From the NCBI GenBank assembly GCA_017476425.1, contig JAFUZV010000115.1:17349-81348 (forward strand): 64,000 bases of DNA. Reading direction: 5' to 3'. The position numbers and the translations under genes were made by a program. Numbering within the stretch: the first letter of the stretch is position 1; every line of letters starts with the position of its first letter. The stretch is from Selenomonadaceae bacterium. GTDB taxonomy: Bacteria; Bacillota; Negativicutes; Selenomonadales; Selenomonadaceae. Positions 1-9,645 of the stretch are shown one piece after another. The notes under the pieces are model-generated. The model ran no database searches, was not told where the DNA came from, and saw only the letters and a program-made list of their open reading frames with translations.

Positions 1-1
1 T

Positions 2-295
2 CATTATAGTAGTGAAAAAGGTTTTGTTGTTATGCTTATTGCGAGAATGGTTCCATATGTTCCATCTGCATTGTTAAACGCTGTTGGAGCTCTTTCATCG
101 TTAAGTCTTCGTGATTATTTTATTGCGTCATTGATCGGAAAATTTCCTTCAACAGGTATTGAGGCGATAATTGGACACGATACTATTTTGCAAGAAGAAG
201 ATCCAACGAGAATAATTGTTGTCGTGATTTTTGCAATTATTTTGATCGCTTGGGCGTGGCACTATGAAAAAAGTGTAAAATCTCGATCTAATTAG
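2..295 (+). CDS. TVP38/TMEM64 (DedA-related) family membrane protein, C-terminal fragment; CDS enters from the left edge of the window
   Basis: Frame is open from base 2 with no upstream stop in the window. The hydrophobic sequence RMVPYVPSALLNAVGALSSLSLRDYFIASLIGKFPSTGIEAIIG resembles the conserved C-terminal half of TVP38/TMEM64 proteins (recognised from memory). Confidence 0.55.
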   Translation, partial: HYSSEKGFVVMLIARMVPYVPSALLNAVGALSSLSLRDYFIASLIGKFPSTGIEAIIGHDTILQEEDPTRIIVVVIFAIILIAWAWHYEKSVKSRSN

Positions 296-1010
296 TCCAC
301 ATTGAGGCAATTACTATTGCCGGCAATAAATTTGCAACTCTGATTTTAGACCCGAACATAAGATTTATTCCAACGCAAAAAATTAACGTACTACCAACAA
401 AAGAAAGATTTTTTAATGCAATGTCTGTCATAAATGGTTGAATAAATCCAGCAAAAAATGTTATTGTACCTTGAAAAATTCCAACTGAAATTGCTGAAAA
501 TATACAACCTTTACCAAGTGAAGCAGTTAATACAACTATAATGATTAAATCAAGCACAGATTTAGCATAGAGAATTGTAAAATCGCCTAACAATCTGTCT
601 TCAATAGCTCCTATAATTGCCATTGCTCCTATACAAATAGTTAATGAAGCGGTAACAAAGCCTTCAATAAATTTTGAATCGCTATCATTACCTGTCTTTG
701 CTCTTAACCACTTGCCAAATTGTTCCATATGACCATCAATATCAATTATTTCACCTATTAATCCACCAATCGTAAGGCTTATAATTAATATCATAGTTCC
801 GTTGGTTTCAATAGAGCCATCGGAATTTATTTTTAGCATATTGCTCAAAGTTCCAGCTATACCTAGAAATATGACGGAAACAGCACAACTCATTAAAAGT
901 GTTTCCTGCAATTTTTTTGTTAGCATTCGACCTGTTAAAAGACCAATAAAGCCGCCTATTATGATCCCTGCTACATTTATAACTGTTCCAAAACCTGCAA
1001 AGCCTTCCAT
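288..1010 (-). CDS. DUF554 family polytopic membrane protein (YdfK/YqgA-like)
   Basis: 240-aa ORF, Gly/Ile-rich with multiple TM segments. N-terminus MEGFAGFGTVINVAGIIIGGFIGLL is typical of DUF554. Converges on the previous CDS and overlaps it by 8 nt. Confidence 0.6.
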   Translation of the reverse strand: MEGFAGFGTVINVAGIIIGGFIGLLTGRMLTKKLQETLLMSCAVSVIFLGIAGTLSNMLKINSDGSIETNGTMILIISLTIGGLIGEIIDIDGHMEQFGKWLRAKTGNDSDSKFIEGFVTASLTICIGAMAIIGAIEDRLLGDFTILYAKSVLDLIIIVVLTASLGKGCIFSAISVGIFQGTITFFAGFIQPFMTDIALKNLSFVGSTLIFCVGINLMFGSKIRVANLLPAIVIASMWTN

Positions 1011-1152
1011 TAATTGATCATCTCCAAAATATTTTTTTTTATTATAAATGAAAATTTTTAATCTGAAAATATATGTGTAAATTTAAGTTGACTTTTTTAA
1101 AATTTAAACTATACTTAAAAATAATTAATAAATTTATGTGAGGTGAGCAAAA

Positions 1153-1803
1153 ATGTTTGTTGCAGCAAGAATGACAAAACACCCGGTTACAGTTACATCT
1201 GAAGCGACGATCAGTGAGGCGGCAAAGTTAATGAAGAAAAATCATTTTCACAGAATGCTTGTTGTTGATAATTGTAAACTTGTCGGCTATTTTAGTGATC
1301 GCGATGTTATGCGAGTTGCACCTTCACCAGCTACGACTCTTTCACGTTATGAAATTCGATCTTTACTTGACAAAATGAAAGTTACTGAAATTATGCAAAA
1401 AAAAGTAGTTACAGTTAAAGAAGATGCAACCGTTGAAGAAGCCGCATTAATAATGTATAATAACAAAGTCGGCGGCTTGCCTGTTATCAGTGATGTTGGC
1501 GCAGTTGTCGGAATTATAACGGCGACTGATATTTTAAAAACGTTTGTTGATGTTATGGGCTTGCCTTCAGGAAAAACAAGGCTTACTTTAGAAGTTGAGG
1601 ATAAAATTGGAACTATTGCAGATATAACTAAAATTTTTGCTGATTATGGTATCAATTTAGACAGCGTGATAACTTGTAAACAGGATTCCGGCAAGTATGA
1701 ATTAGTTGTCAGACTTGATGATATAGATAAAAATTTTGATAATATTAAATCAGAACTCGAAAGCAAAGGCTATAAAGTTGTTCACGTTGTCAAAATTGGC
1801 TAG
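1153..1803 (+). CDS. CBS-pair plus ACT-like domain protein (AcuB-like)
   Basis: 216-aa ORF with GAGGTGAG SD 5 nt upstream. Two CBS repeats (HRMLVVDNCKLVGYFSDRDV; GGLPVISDVGAVVGIITATDIL) are followed by an ACT-like C-terminus (RLTLEVEDKIGTIADITKIFADYGINL). Confidence 0.75.
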   Translation: MFVAARMTKHPVTVTSEATISEAAKLMKKNHFHRMLVVDNCKLVGYFSDRDVMRVAPSPATTLSRYEIRSLLDKMKVTEIMQKKVVTVKEDATVEEAALIMYNNKVGGLPVISDVGAVVGIITATDILKTFVDVMGLPSGKTRLTLEVEDKIGTIADITKIFADYGINLDSVITCKQDSGKYELVVRLDDIDKNFDNIKSELESKGYKVVHVVKIG

Positions 1804-1830
1804 TATACCTTATAAATGTGAGTTTTTAAT

Positions 1831-3039
1831 ATGATAGTTGGAATTATTGCGGAATATAATCCATTTCACAATGGACATCGTTATCAAATTGAACAAATAA
1901 AAAAGGAATTTCCGAATGCTAAAATAATTGTTTTGATGAGTGGCAGTTTTACACAACGTGGTGAGTCGGCAATTTTAGATAAATTTACAAGAGCGGAATT
2001 AGCAATAAAAGGCGGCTGTGATTTAGTGTTAGAACTGCCTTTTTTCTTTGCTGTTAGAAGTGCTCAAGATTTTGCACGCGGTGGAATAAATATATTTAAA
2101 AATTTAGGTTTAGTTGATTTTTTAGCGTTCGGAGCTGAAATATCTGATCTTGAATTATTAAAGAAAGTGGCAAATTTTTCAGATACAGTTGAATTTAATG
2201 GAATTTTACAGCAAAAAATAAATACTGGATTATCTTATGCAAATGCAATTTGTCAAACACTATCAAAATTATCAGGTATAGATAAAAAAGTTTTACGTTT
2301 GCCGAATATAATTTTGTCGATTGAATATCTCAGATCATTAAAAAATTTATCAATTCAACCGTTATTAATACCACGCATTTTATCAAGCCATAATGATGAA
2401 AATTTGAATGAAAAAATATCAAGTGCCTCAGCAATTCGCAAAGAAGTTTATTCAAAAAATCCTTCGTGGCTAAAAATTTCAGATACGATAGACAATGAAA
2501 CTTTAGCGGCTTTAAAATCTGCAGAATTACCAGATCAAGAAAAATTATTTTTGCCGCTGATGACAAAAATTATTTGCAGTAATTCCGAAGAATTAAAAAA
2601 AATTTACGGAATGAACGAAGGACTTGAAAATAAAATCATAAGCGTTGTTAATTCAGCAAAAAATTATGAAGAAATGGTAAATTTAATCGTCAGTCGTCGT
2701 TATACAAGATCAAAAGTACAAAGATTATTATTACACTTATTGATAGGTTTAGAAAAAAATCACGTTAAAAGTTTTGATCAAAGTTATGCAAGGATTTTAG
2801 CTTTTAATAATGCAGGTCGTGAACTAATTCAATCAATAAAAAAAACAGCCTCTATACCACTAATAACAAAGGCTGCTAAACATATTACAAGTAAATTAAT
2901 CTATGAAAATTCTCGTAATTTGGAGGTATACCAGGAAATTTTACAATTTGATATAATTTCTACTGACATATTTTCAATGTTGCATTCAAATTTTCAACTA
3001 AAACAAGATTTTATGCACTCACCGATTTACGTGAAATAA
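1831..3039 (+). CDS. tmcAL: tRNA(Met) cytidine acetate ligase / UPF0348 nucleotidyltransferase (YlbM-like)
   Basis: 402-aa ORF. N-terminal GIIAEYNPFHNGHRYQIEQIKK is the HxGH-type nucleotidyltransferase signature characteristic of the YlbM/TmcAL family. Confidence 0.75.
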   Translation: MIVGIIAEYNPFHNGHRYQIEQIKKEFPNAKIIVLMSGSFTQRGESAILDKFTRAELAIKGGCDLVLELPFFFAVRSAQDFARGGINIFKNLGLVDFLAFGAEISDLELLKKVANFSDTVEFNGILQQKINTGLSYANAICQTLSKLSGIDKKVLRLPNIILSIEYLRSLKNLSIQPLLIPRILSSHNDENLNEKISSASAIRKEVYSKNPSWLKISDTIDNETLAALKSAELPDQEKLFLPLMTKIICSNSEELKKIYGMNEGLENKIISVVNSAKNYEEMVNLIVSRRYTRSKVQRLLLHLLIGLEKNHVKSFDQSYARILAFNNAGRELIQSIKKTASIPLITKAAKHITSKLIYENSRNLEVYQEILQFDIISTDIFSMLHSNFQLKQDFMHSPIYVK

Positions 3040-3044
3040 AATTT

Positions 3045-3914
3045 TTAACCCTTATCAGACACTTCATTATAAACATCTTTCAATAAAGTTTCTTTTCTTA
3101 ATGAAGTACAGTTACATTTTTTGACATTTATAGAAATATTTCTAACTGTATCTAGTAAAATGTCAGTTATTAATTTAGCATCGTCATAGAAAATATCTTT
3201 CATTGTATCGTGTGACCAAGAATTTTTAATACCTTCACCATAATTTACGACAAATGAAAGATTCGCATAACAAGCACCGATCTCACGAGCAAGATAAACT
3301 TCAGGAACAAGACTTTGACTGACTATATCAGCGTGTCCTTTTAACATTGCAATTTCAGCAGGACTTTCAAAATGTCGACCATCAGTAACAGCACATATTC
3401 CACGATCAAAAATTCGACCGTTAAAATATTTTTTTGATGAAGAAAGCAAATAATTTCTTAATTCTGGACAAAGTGCTTCACGCATAACAAGTAAATAGCG
3501 ACCATCTAACATAACATCTTTACGAACTGATAAATCAATGTAGTCATCTGGTATAATTAAATCACGAGGATCAAGCAAATAATTGATCGAACCAACGCCG
3601 CTTTCTGATAAAATTCTTTTAACTTTAGCTTGTCTGAAAACCCAAAAAATTTGTCGTGAAGCATCAGCTCTACTAACGCCACTTCTCCACCCGTGCATTT
3701 TACAAGTTAAAACTGATTTATTATTCACGGTAAAATAAATAAATTTCGGGCTAATTCCATAAGGTGTATTAAAGAAAATATCTTTTTTGAGAATTTTTAT
3801 ATCTGTACCTTCAAAATTAAACGGAAAATTACTTGAAAGCGTACCTGAACCACCGATTATTGCAAAATCAGCAAGTGGAATATCATTATTTAAATCGTAC
3901 ACAACAAAAATCAC
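3045..3914 (-). CDS. MTAP-family (purine nucleoside phosphorylase family 2) enzyme, last gene of the radical-SAM operon
   Basis: 289-aa ORF. IIGGSGT near the N-terminus, TPYGISP, MHGW.., SGVGSIN and a SPAEIAML..GADIVSQSLVPEVYLAREIG layout match the 5'-methylthioadenosine phosphorylase fold pattern. Lies 3 nt downstream of the mqnC-like gene. Confidence 0.7.
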   Translation of the reverse strand: MIFVVYDLNNDIPLADFAIIGGSGTLSSNFPFNFEGTDIKILKKDIFFNTPYGISPKFIYFTVNNKSVLTCKMHGWRSGVSRADASRQIFWVFRQAKVKRILSESGVGSINYLLDPRDLIIPDDYIDLSVRKDVMLDGRYLLVMREALCPELRNYLLSSSKKYFNGRIFDRGICAVTDGRHFESPAEIAMLKGHADIVSQSLVPEVYLAREIGACYANLSFVVNYGEGIKNSWSHDTMKDIFYDDAKLITDILLDTVRNISINVKKCNCTSLRKETLLKDVYNEVSDKG

Positions 3915-3917
3915 CTT

Positions 3918-4940
3918 CTAAAACGTTTTCAAAATTTTATATTCAGTATCACGTTGAGCCGGAATTTTTCCAGTATACATTATTAAATTGATCATTTTTT
4001 GCATAGACATTTTATGAGAAGTTCCGGCGGCTCTAACAACATTTTCTTCAAGCATTATACTGCCCAGATCATCAGCACCAAAGCCTAAAGTTAATTGTCC
4101 TATTCTTTCACCTTGTGTAACCCAAGAACCTTGAATATGTTCAATATTTTCAAGGTATATTCTGCTAAATGCAAGAGTTTTCATATAATCACTAGCTGAA
4201 ACTTTTTCACCGCCTAATTTAGTATTATTCGGCTGAAAACTCCACATAATAAAAGCTCTAAAGCCGCCCGTTTCATCTTGCAAATTTCGGATTTTTTCCA
4301 TATGTTCAATTCTCTGCTCTAACGTTTCACCAAAACCTATAACCATAGTTGCAGTAGTTTTCATACCTATACTGTGTGCTATTTTCATAACATTTAACCA
4401 GTCATAACTTGAAATTTTCTTCGGACTAACCTTTTTTCTAACTGTATCTACTAAAATTTCAGCACCTCCGCCAGGTAAACTATCTAATCCTGCGGCTTGC
4501 AATCTCTTCAATGTTTCCAAAATCGAAATGCCTTCTAAATTTGCAAAGTATTGAATTTCAGTAGCAGTAAAAGAATGTATAGTTATATTAAATTGAATTT
4601 TTATCGAACGCAGCATTTTTTCATAATAATCAAGACCTAATTCAGGATTTAAACCGCCTTGAATCATTACTTGCGTTGCACCTAGCTCAACAGCCTCAAG
4701 AACTTTTTCTATAATTTCTTCGTGACTTAATAAATAAGCATCTTTGTTATTTTTTCGACGATAGAACGCACAAAAATTGCACTCGTTTTGACAAATATTT
4801 GTATAGTTAATATTACGATCAATTATAAATGTGGCGACATTGCCAAATTTTTTTTGTCGAATTTCATCTGCTTTTTTACCAAGAGTTAATAAATTTTCTT
4901 CTGATAATAATGTTATACCTTCATTTTTTGTTATACGCAT
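3918..4940 (-). CDS. mqnC: Radical SAM enzyme, MqnC-like (cyclic dehypoxanthinyl futalosine synthase family)
   Basis: CxxxCxxC cluster in NINYTNICQNECNFCAFYR. The C-terminal GFGADDLGSIMLEENVVRAAG motif is what I associate with MqnC. I moved the start to the internal Met (MRITKNEG..) at 4940, because the ORF-track start at 5000 would overlap the upstream gene by 56 nt. Confidence 0.6.
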   Translation of the reverse strand: MRITKNEGITLLSEENLLTLGKKADEIRQKKFGNVATFIIDRNINYTNICQNECNFCAFYRRKNNKDAYLLSHEEIIEKVLEAVELGATQVMIQGGLNPELGLDYYEKMLRSIKIQFNITIHSFTATEIQYFANLEGISILETLKRLQAAGLDSLPGGGAEILVDTVRKKVSPKKISSYDWLNVMKIAHSIGMKTTATMVIGFGETLEQRIEHMEKIRNLQDETGGFRAFIMWSFQPNNTKLGGEKVSASDYMKTLAFSRIYLENIEHIQGSWVTQGERIGQLTLGFGADDLGSIMLEENVVRAAGTSHKMSMQKMINLIMYTGKIPAQRDTEYKILKTF

Positions 4941-4944
4941 AAAT

Positions 4945-6036
4945 TTATCCTTTATAATTATAAAAACTATCACATTCAACAGGTTCATATCCTGCCTCAA
5001 TGATAATTTTATTTAATTTTTTACAAGTTATACCTGAATTTTCTTTTGATCCGGCTGAATGAATTATTTTTTCTTCACCGATCGTTCCGTCAAGATCATC
5101 AGCTCCAAAATTAAGTGCAAGTTGTGCGATCGGCAATGTCAACATTACCCAAAAGGCTTTTATATGATCAAAATTGTCAAGAATTAAACGCGATAACGAA
5201 ATCATTTTTAAATCTTCCCAAGAGCTGACACGTTCAAGATTATATTTTTTACCGAGTTCAGTATTTGCCGGGTGAAATGGAAACATCAAAAAGGCTTGAA
5301 ATCCACCGGTTTCATCTTGTAATTCACGTAATTTAATTAAATGATCAATACGTTCTTCAATCGTTTCAATATGACCGTACATTATTGACGCATTTGATTT
5401 TATTCCTAGTTTATGAGCTGTTCTCATAACGTTTAGCCATTCATCGCCGGTTGCTTTTTTAGGACAAATAATTTTTCTAACACGCTCCGAAAAAATTTCT
5501 GCGCCGCCGCCTAATAAGGAATTTAATCCAGCTATACTTAGAATTTTCAGCACTTCTTCAATACTTTTTGCACTCTGCTTGGAAAAATTTACAATTTCTA
5601 CAGGTGTAAATGCTCTTATGCTGATATTCGACAAAGATTTTTTTATAAATTTTACAATTTCAACATAATATTCAAAAGGTTTATTTGGATGCAAAGCACT
5701 AACAATATGAATTTCAGAGAGATTTTTAACAGACTTAATATCATTGACGATTTTTTCAATGTCGTTAATTTCTAGAGTATACCCGGAAAAATCATCAGAC
5801 TTGCAACTAAATGCACACAACGGACAATTTGAACTACAGATATTCGTCAAATTGATATGTCTATTGACTATATAAAAAACTTTGCGATCGGATTTTTTGA
5901 GTTTCATATTTTGCGCCCATTCACCGAGCGATAATAAATCATTATCTTCATAGAGTGCTAAAGCGTCTTTTTTAGTAAGCCGTTCACCTAAAAAGGCTTT
6001 TTCTCTAGCAATTTTAATTTCATTTTTTATAATCAT
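4945..6036 (-). CDS. Radical SAM enzyme, CofH/MqnE family (aminofutalosine synthase-like), paralog B
   Basis: 363-aa ORF. HINLTNICSSNCPLCAF cluster motif. C-terminal LNFGADDLDGTIGEEKIIHSAG is of MqnE/CofH type. Closely paralogous to the upstream gene. Confidence 0.6.
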   Translation of the reverse strand: MIIKNEIKIAREKAFLGERLTKKDALALYEDNDLLSLGEWAQNMKLKKSDRKVFYIVNRHINLTNICSSNCPLCAFSCKSDDFSGYTLEINDIEKIVNDIKSVKNLSEIHIVSALHPNKPFEYYVEIVKFIKKSLSNISIRAFTPVEIVNFSKQSAKSIEEVLKILSIAGLNSLLGGGAEIFSERVRKIICPKKATGDEWLNVMRTAHKLGIKSNASIMYGHIETIEERIDHLIKLRELQDETGGFQAFLMFPFHPANTELGKKYNLERVSSWEDLKMISLSRLILDNFDHIKAFWVMLTLPIAQLALNFGADDLDGTIGEEKIIHSAGSKENSGITCKKLNKIIIEAGYEPVECDSFYNYKG

Positions 6037-6038
6037 AC

Positions 6039-7136
6039 TTAGTTAATTAACCTCAAATTATTAAAATTACAATCACAAGCTGCCGGAACTCGTCCAATTT
6101 CTTTAATGATTTTTATGATCTCGTCTTCTTTTAATGCTGTCGGACTTGATGCGCCAGCTTCGTGCAAAATTGTTTCTTTGTGAATTGTGCCGTCAATGTC
6201 GTTTGCTCCAAAATTCAACGCAATTTGTGCAACAGGAACTGTCAACATTACCCAGTATGCTTTGATATTTTGAAAATTGTCCAACATTAGACGCGAAATT
6301 GCTATTGTTCTCAAATCGTCCCACATTGAAGTCTGTTTGATCGTCTTTCCAAGTTCAGTATTTTTAGGTAAGAATGGAAAACTTATAAAAGTTTGAAATC
6401 CTCCAGTTATATCTTGTAAATTTCGCAATTTTATCAAATGATCAACTCGTTCTTCTAAAGTTTCAATATGACCATAAAGCATACTTGCATTTGATTTAAT
6501 GCCTAATTCGTGAGCAATTCTCGAAGTCTCTAACCATTCTTCAGCAGTTGCCTTTTTAGGACAAAGTAAATTTCTTACACGATCCGAAAGAATTTCTGCG
6601 CCGCCGCCTGCGATCGCTTGTAAACCGGCGTTTTTAAGTTCAATCAACACATCTTTTAAAGGTTTACCTGAAATTTTTGCAAAATATGTAATTTCTACAG
6701 CTGTAAAACCTTTTATATATAAACTTGGAAAATGTTTATGAATTACAGTTAAAAAATCGACGTATTTTTTGAAATTCCACGTCGGATGCAAGCCGCTGAC
6801 TATATGCAATCCGGACATATTTGGGTCTTTCATTGCCTCTTCAATCGTATTAATCGCCTGTTCGATCGTCATTTCATATGCGCCTTTTGTTTCACGATCA
6901 CGACCGAACGCACAAAATTTACAAAGTGACGAACAAATATTTGTAAGATTGAGATGGCAATTAACATTGTAATAAACTATTTCACCACATTTTTTTTTGC
7001 GAACATAATCAGCAAGCGCACCAAGCCAGGCGAGATCATTACACGAAAATAATTTTATTCCGTCTTCACGACTCAACCGCTCATCATTCAAAATCTTTCG
7101 TTCAATTTCCGTAAAACTTCCGAACAAAAACATCAC
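6039..7136 (-). CDS. Radical SAM enzyme, CofH/MqnE family (aminofutalosine synthase-like), paralog A
   Basis: 365-aa ORF. HLNLTNICSSLCKFCAF cluster motif and LNFGANDIDGTIHKETILHEAG. First gene of the four-gene minus-strand operon (gaps of 2, 4 and 3 nt). Confidence 0.6.
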   Translation of the reverse strand: MMFLFGSFTEIERKILNDERLSREDGIKLFSCNDLAWLGALADYVRKKKCGEIVYYNVNCHLNLTNICSSLCKFCAFGRDRETKGAYEMTIEQAINTIEEAMKDPNMSGLHIVSGLHPTWNFKKYVDFLTVIHKHFPSLYIKGFTAVEITYFAKISGKPLKDVLIELKNAGLQAIAGGGAEILSDRVRNLLCPKKATAEEWLETSRIAHELGIKSNASMLYGHIETLEERVDHLIKLRNLQDITGGFQTFISFPFLPKNTELGKTIKQTSMWDDLRTIAISRLMLDNFQNIKAYWVMLTVPVAQIALNFGANDIDGTIHKETILHEAGASSPTALKEDEIIKIIKEIGRVPAACDCNFNNLRLIN

Positions 7137-7334
7137 CTACAATTTACATTTATAAATAATTAAAATTATATCACTTTTGAATTTCGTTTTGAAGTTTTTT
7201 AGCAACACATTTTAATAAATGAAAATTTATTTAATATCGATAAGCAAATTTCATTATCTTACTTAAAAATTTCCTTTTATTGTGATAAAATATGAAACGG
7301 AATTTTTTCCAAAATTTTTTCGAGGTGGTTTAAT

Positions 7335-8648
7335 TTGAATGTTTTAGAAAAAGTTTTTAAACTTAATGCAAAAGGTACAAGTGTTCGGACAGAGATAATT
7401 GCAGGTATTACAACCTTTATCGCTATGTCTTACATAGTTTTTGTAAATCCGAACATTTTGGCTGATGCAGGTATTCCGAAAGAAGCGGCGATCGCTTCAA
7501 CTATCTGGATCGCTGCGCTTGCGTCAATGGTTATGGGTGTCGTTGCGAATTATCCTGTTGCACTTGCTCCGGGTATGGGTTTAAATGCCTTCTTTGCTTA
7601 TTATGTCTGCGGAGTTTTAGGACTTCATTGGACTGTTGCACTCGGTGCAGTATTTTTCTCAGGCGTATTGTTTTTGATCTTAACGATCGGCGGCATTCGT
7701 CAAGCAATTATTAATTGTGTACCTAAAAATTTGAAATTTGCGATCGGTGTCGGAATAGGTTTATTCATTGCTTTTATCGGTCTCAAGGGTACAGGAATAA
7801 TAATTTCTGATCCTGCAACTTTTATAACACTCGGTCACCTTTCGCAGCCAACAACATTGCTTGCACTTTTCGGTCTCTTAATGACTGGCGGACTTATGGC
7901 ACTCAACATTCAAGGTGCAATTTTAATCGGAATAATTATCACAACGATTATTTCAATGTTTTTAGGTCTCTCTCCAACGCCTTCAAGTTTTAGCGATATT
8001 TTAAGTACTTCACTACCGAGTCTCGGTGAAACTTTTGGACAATTAGATATTGCCAGTGCTTGGTCTTATGGTATCGTTTCGATAATTTTCACTTTTACTG
8101 TTGTTGAGTTATTCGATAATATGGGCACTTTGATCGGTTTAACTCAGAAAGCAAATTTAGTCGACAAAGACGGCAAAATTGAAAATCTTGACAAAGCATT
8201 AACAACTGATGCAGTCGGTACGATCGCAAGTGCAATTTTCGGAACGTCAACGGTTACAAGTTACATTGAAAGCGCAGCAGGTATCGCCGCCGGTGGTAAG
8301 ACGGGTTTAACCGCTGTCACAACGGCTGTTATGTTTCTGATCACATTACTTTTTGCACCGCTGATCGGTTTAGTTCCTGCTTTTGCAACTTCACCGGCTT
8401 TGATCCTCGTCGGTGCAATGATGATGAACGGAATTAAACAAGTTGAATTTGAAGACTTTACTGACGGTTTTCCGGCGTTCTTGACAATTATAATGATGCC
8501 GATGACTTCTTCAATCGCTAATGGTTTTGCATTCGGTTTTGTCAGTTATGTATTTATGAAATGCGTCGGCAGAAAATTTTCTGAAATTCACCCGGTGATG
8601 TGGCTTGTCAGCATTGCATTTTTGATCAACCTCTTTATGCGTTCATAA
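7335..8648 (+). CDS. NCS2 family purine permease (adenine/guanine/hypoxanthine, AzgA/PbuG-like)
   Basis: 437-aa polytopic ORF with TTG start after GAGGTGG. N-terminus FKLNAKGTSVRTEIIAGITTFIAMSYIVFVNPNIL is characteristic of the AzgA-like NCS2 subfamily. Confidence 0.85.
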   Translation: MNVLEKVFKLNAKGTSVRTEIIAGITTFIAMSYIVFVNPNILADAGIPKEAAIASTIWIAALASMVMGVVANYPVALAPGMGLNAFFAYYVCGVLGLHWTVALGAVFFSGVLFLILTIGGIRQAIINCVPKNLKFAIGVGIGLFIAFIGLKGTGIIISDPATFITLGHLSQPTTLLALFGLLMTGGLMALNIQGAILIGIIITTIISMFLGLSPTPSSFSDILSTSLPSLGETFGQLDIASAWSYGIVSIIFTFTVVELFDNMGTLIGLTQKANLVDKDGKIENLDKALTTDAVGTIASAIFGTSTVTSYIESAAGIAAGGKTGLTAVTTAVMFLITLLFAPLIGLVPAFATSPALILVGAMMMNGIKQVEFEDFTDGFPAFLTIIMMPMTSSIANGFAFGFVSYVFMKCVGRKFSEIHPVMWLVSIAFLINLFMRS

Positions 8649-8676
8649 TTCTCAATAAACATTATGCAAAAAAAAT

Positions 8677-8715
8677 AATCCCGACATTTGTTATAAAGTG
8701 TTGGGATTTTATATT
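8677..8715 (+). terminator. Rho-independent terminator after the permease gene
   Basis: AATCCCGACA (8677-8686) pairs with TGTTGGGATT (8699-8708) with one G:U, followed by TTATATTTT. Confidence 0.7.
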
Positions 8716-8800
8716 TTCTTTAATTATATTGTAATAAATTGCTGATAATGTTAAAATTGCAGATAGTAAATATCAATCACTTTGAAAGGTGAAAATCGTT

Positions 8801-9571
8801 ATGAATATAAATCTGATAAAATTTAATACTGATATAGGGCGTACAAAGCCGGAAAATATAATTCATACAAAAAACGCTTGTCCATTTTGCGACGTGGAAC
8901 ATTTAACTGATATTATAGATACAGATGGCGATATAATTTTTCTCAAAAATAAATACAATGTGATTGAAGAAGCCGATCAATTTGTTTTGATTGAAGGATC
9001 TAAATGTGATATTGATATGCCTGATTATTCAAATGATCAAATGAGGCGCGTCATTAAAATGGGTATTAAGCATTGGAAACGATTATTAAATTGCGGCAAA
9101 TATCAAGAAGTACTTTTTTTTAAAAATTATGGTTCAATGTCCGGCGGGACGATTCGTCATCCTCATATGCAAGTTGTTGGTTTTCCTAAATTACAATCAG
9201 ATTTATTATTCTTTAGTGCAGAAATGCAAGGTATAATTATTAAAAATTCAAATGGTGTTGAAATGAATATTTCTAATTGTCCTCGTATCGGTTTTGGAGA
9301 AATTAACATTATACCTAAAAATTATGCTGATTTTGATACATTTGCAGACTTTATAAAAATAGGTGTCCATTATATTACTCATTACTTCAGAAAAAATTTG
9401 AACAGTTACAATATATTTTTTTATCACGAAGGTGAACAAATTTACGCTAAAATTATTCCTCGTTTTGCAACTTCACCTTACTTTGTTGGTTATAATATTC
9501 GTTTTCTGCCGAACAATATCGAACGAATTGCCAAAGAAATTCGCCACTTATATTTTGAAGATGAGGCGTAA
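8801..9571 (+). CDS. GalT-like HIT-superfamily protein (DUF4931-like)
   Basis: ATG at 8801 lies 8 nt after AGGTGA; the ORF-track GTG at 8789 falls inside the SD. CPFC near the N-terminus and a HPHMQVVGF histidine motif resemble the galactose-1-phosphate uridylyltransferase HxHxQ active site. Confidence 0.5.
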   Translation: MNINLIKFNTDIGRTKPENIIHTKNACPFCDVEHLTDIIDTDGDIIFLKNKYNVIEEADQFVLIEGSKCDIDMPDYSNDQMRRVIKMGIKHWKRLLNCGKYQEVLFFKNYGSMSGGTIRHPHMQVVGFPKLQSDLLFFSAEMQGIIIKNSNGVEMNISNCPRIGFGEINIIPKNYADFDTFADFIKIGVHYITHYFRKNLNSYNIFFYHEGEQIYAKIIPRFATSPYFVGYNIRFLPNNIERIAKEIRHLYFEDEA

Positions 9572-9580
9572 AATAAAATT

Positions 9581-9630
9581 GACTTTCATCACTATACTTT
9601 AATAAGTTGTTAGTGAGAAAGTCATTTTTT
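9581..9630. terminator. Bidirectional terminator between convergent genes
   Basis: GACTTTCATCACTA (9581-9594) pairs with TAGTGAGAAAGTC (9611-9623) with a 1-nt bulge. T-run downstream and A-run upstream. Confidence 0.6.
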
Positions 9631-9645
9631 ATAGCTATAAATATA

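Noticed and set aside
4941-5000. Longer N-terminus for the MqnC-like gene (start at 5000)
   Set aside because: It would overlap the upstream paralog by 56 nt and adds a hydrophobic non-homologous peptide. The internal Met at 4940 gives a 4-nt intergenic gap consistent with the rest of the operon.
7137-7334. Possible purine riboswitch upstream of the NCS2 purine permease
   Set aside because: I could not find the conserved purine-riboswitch core (three-way junction with U-rich loops and the CCGUAAA-like J3-1 region). The region is almost pure AT with no convincing stems.
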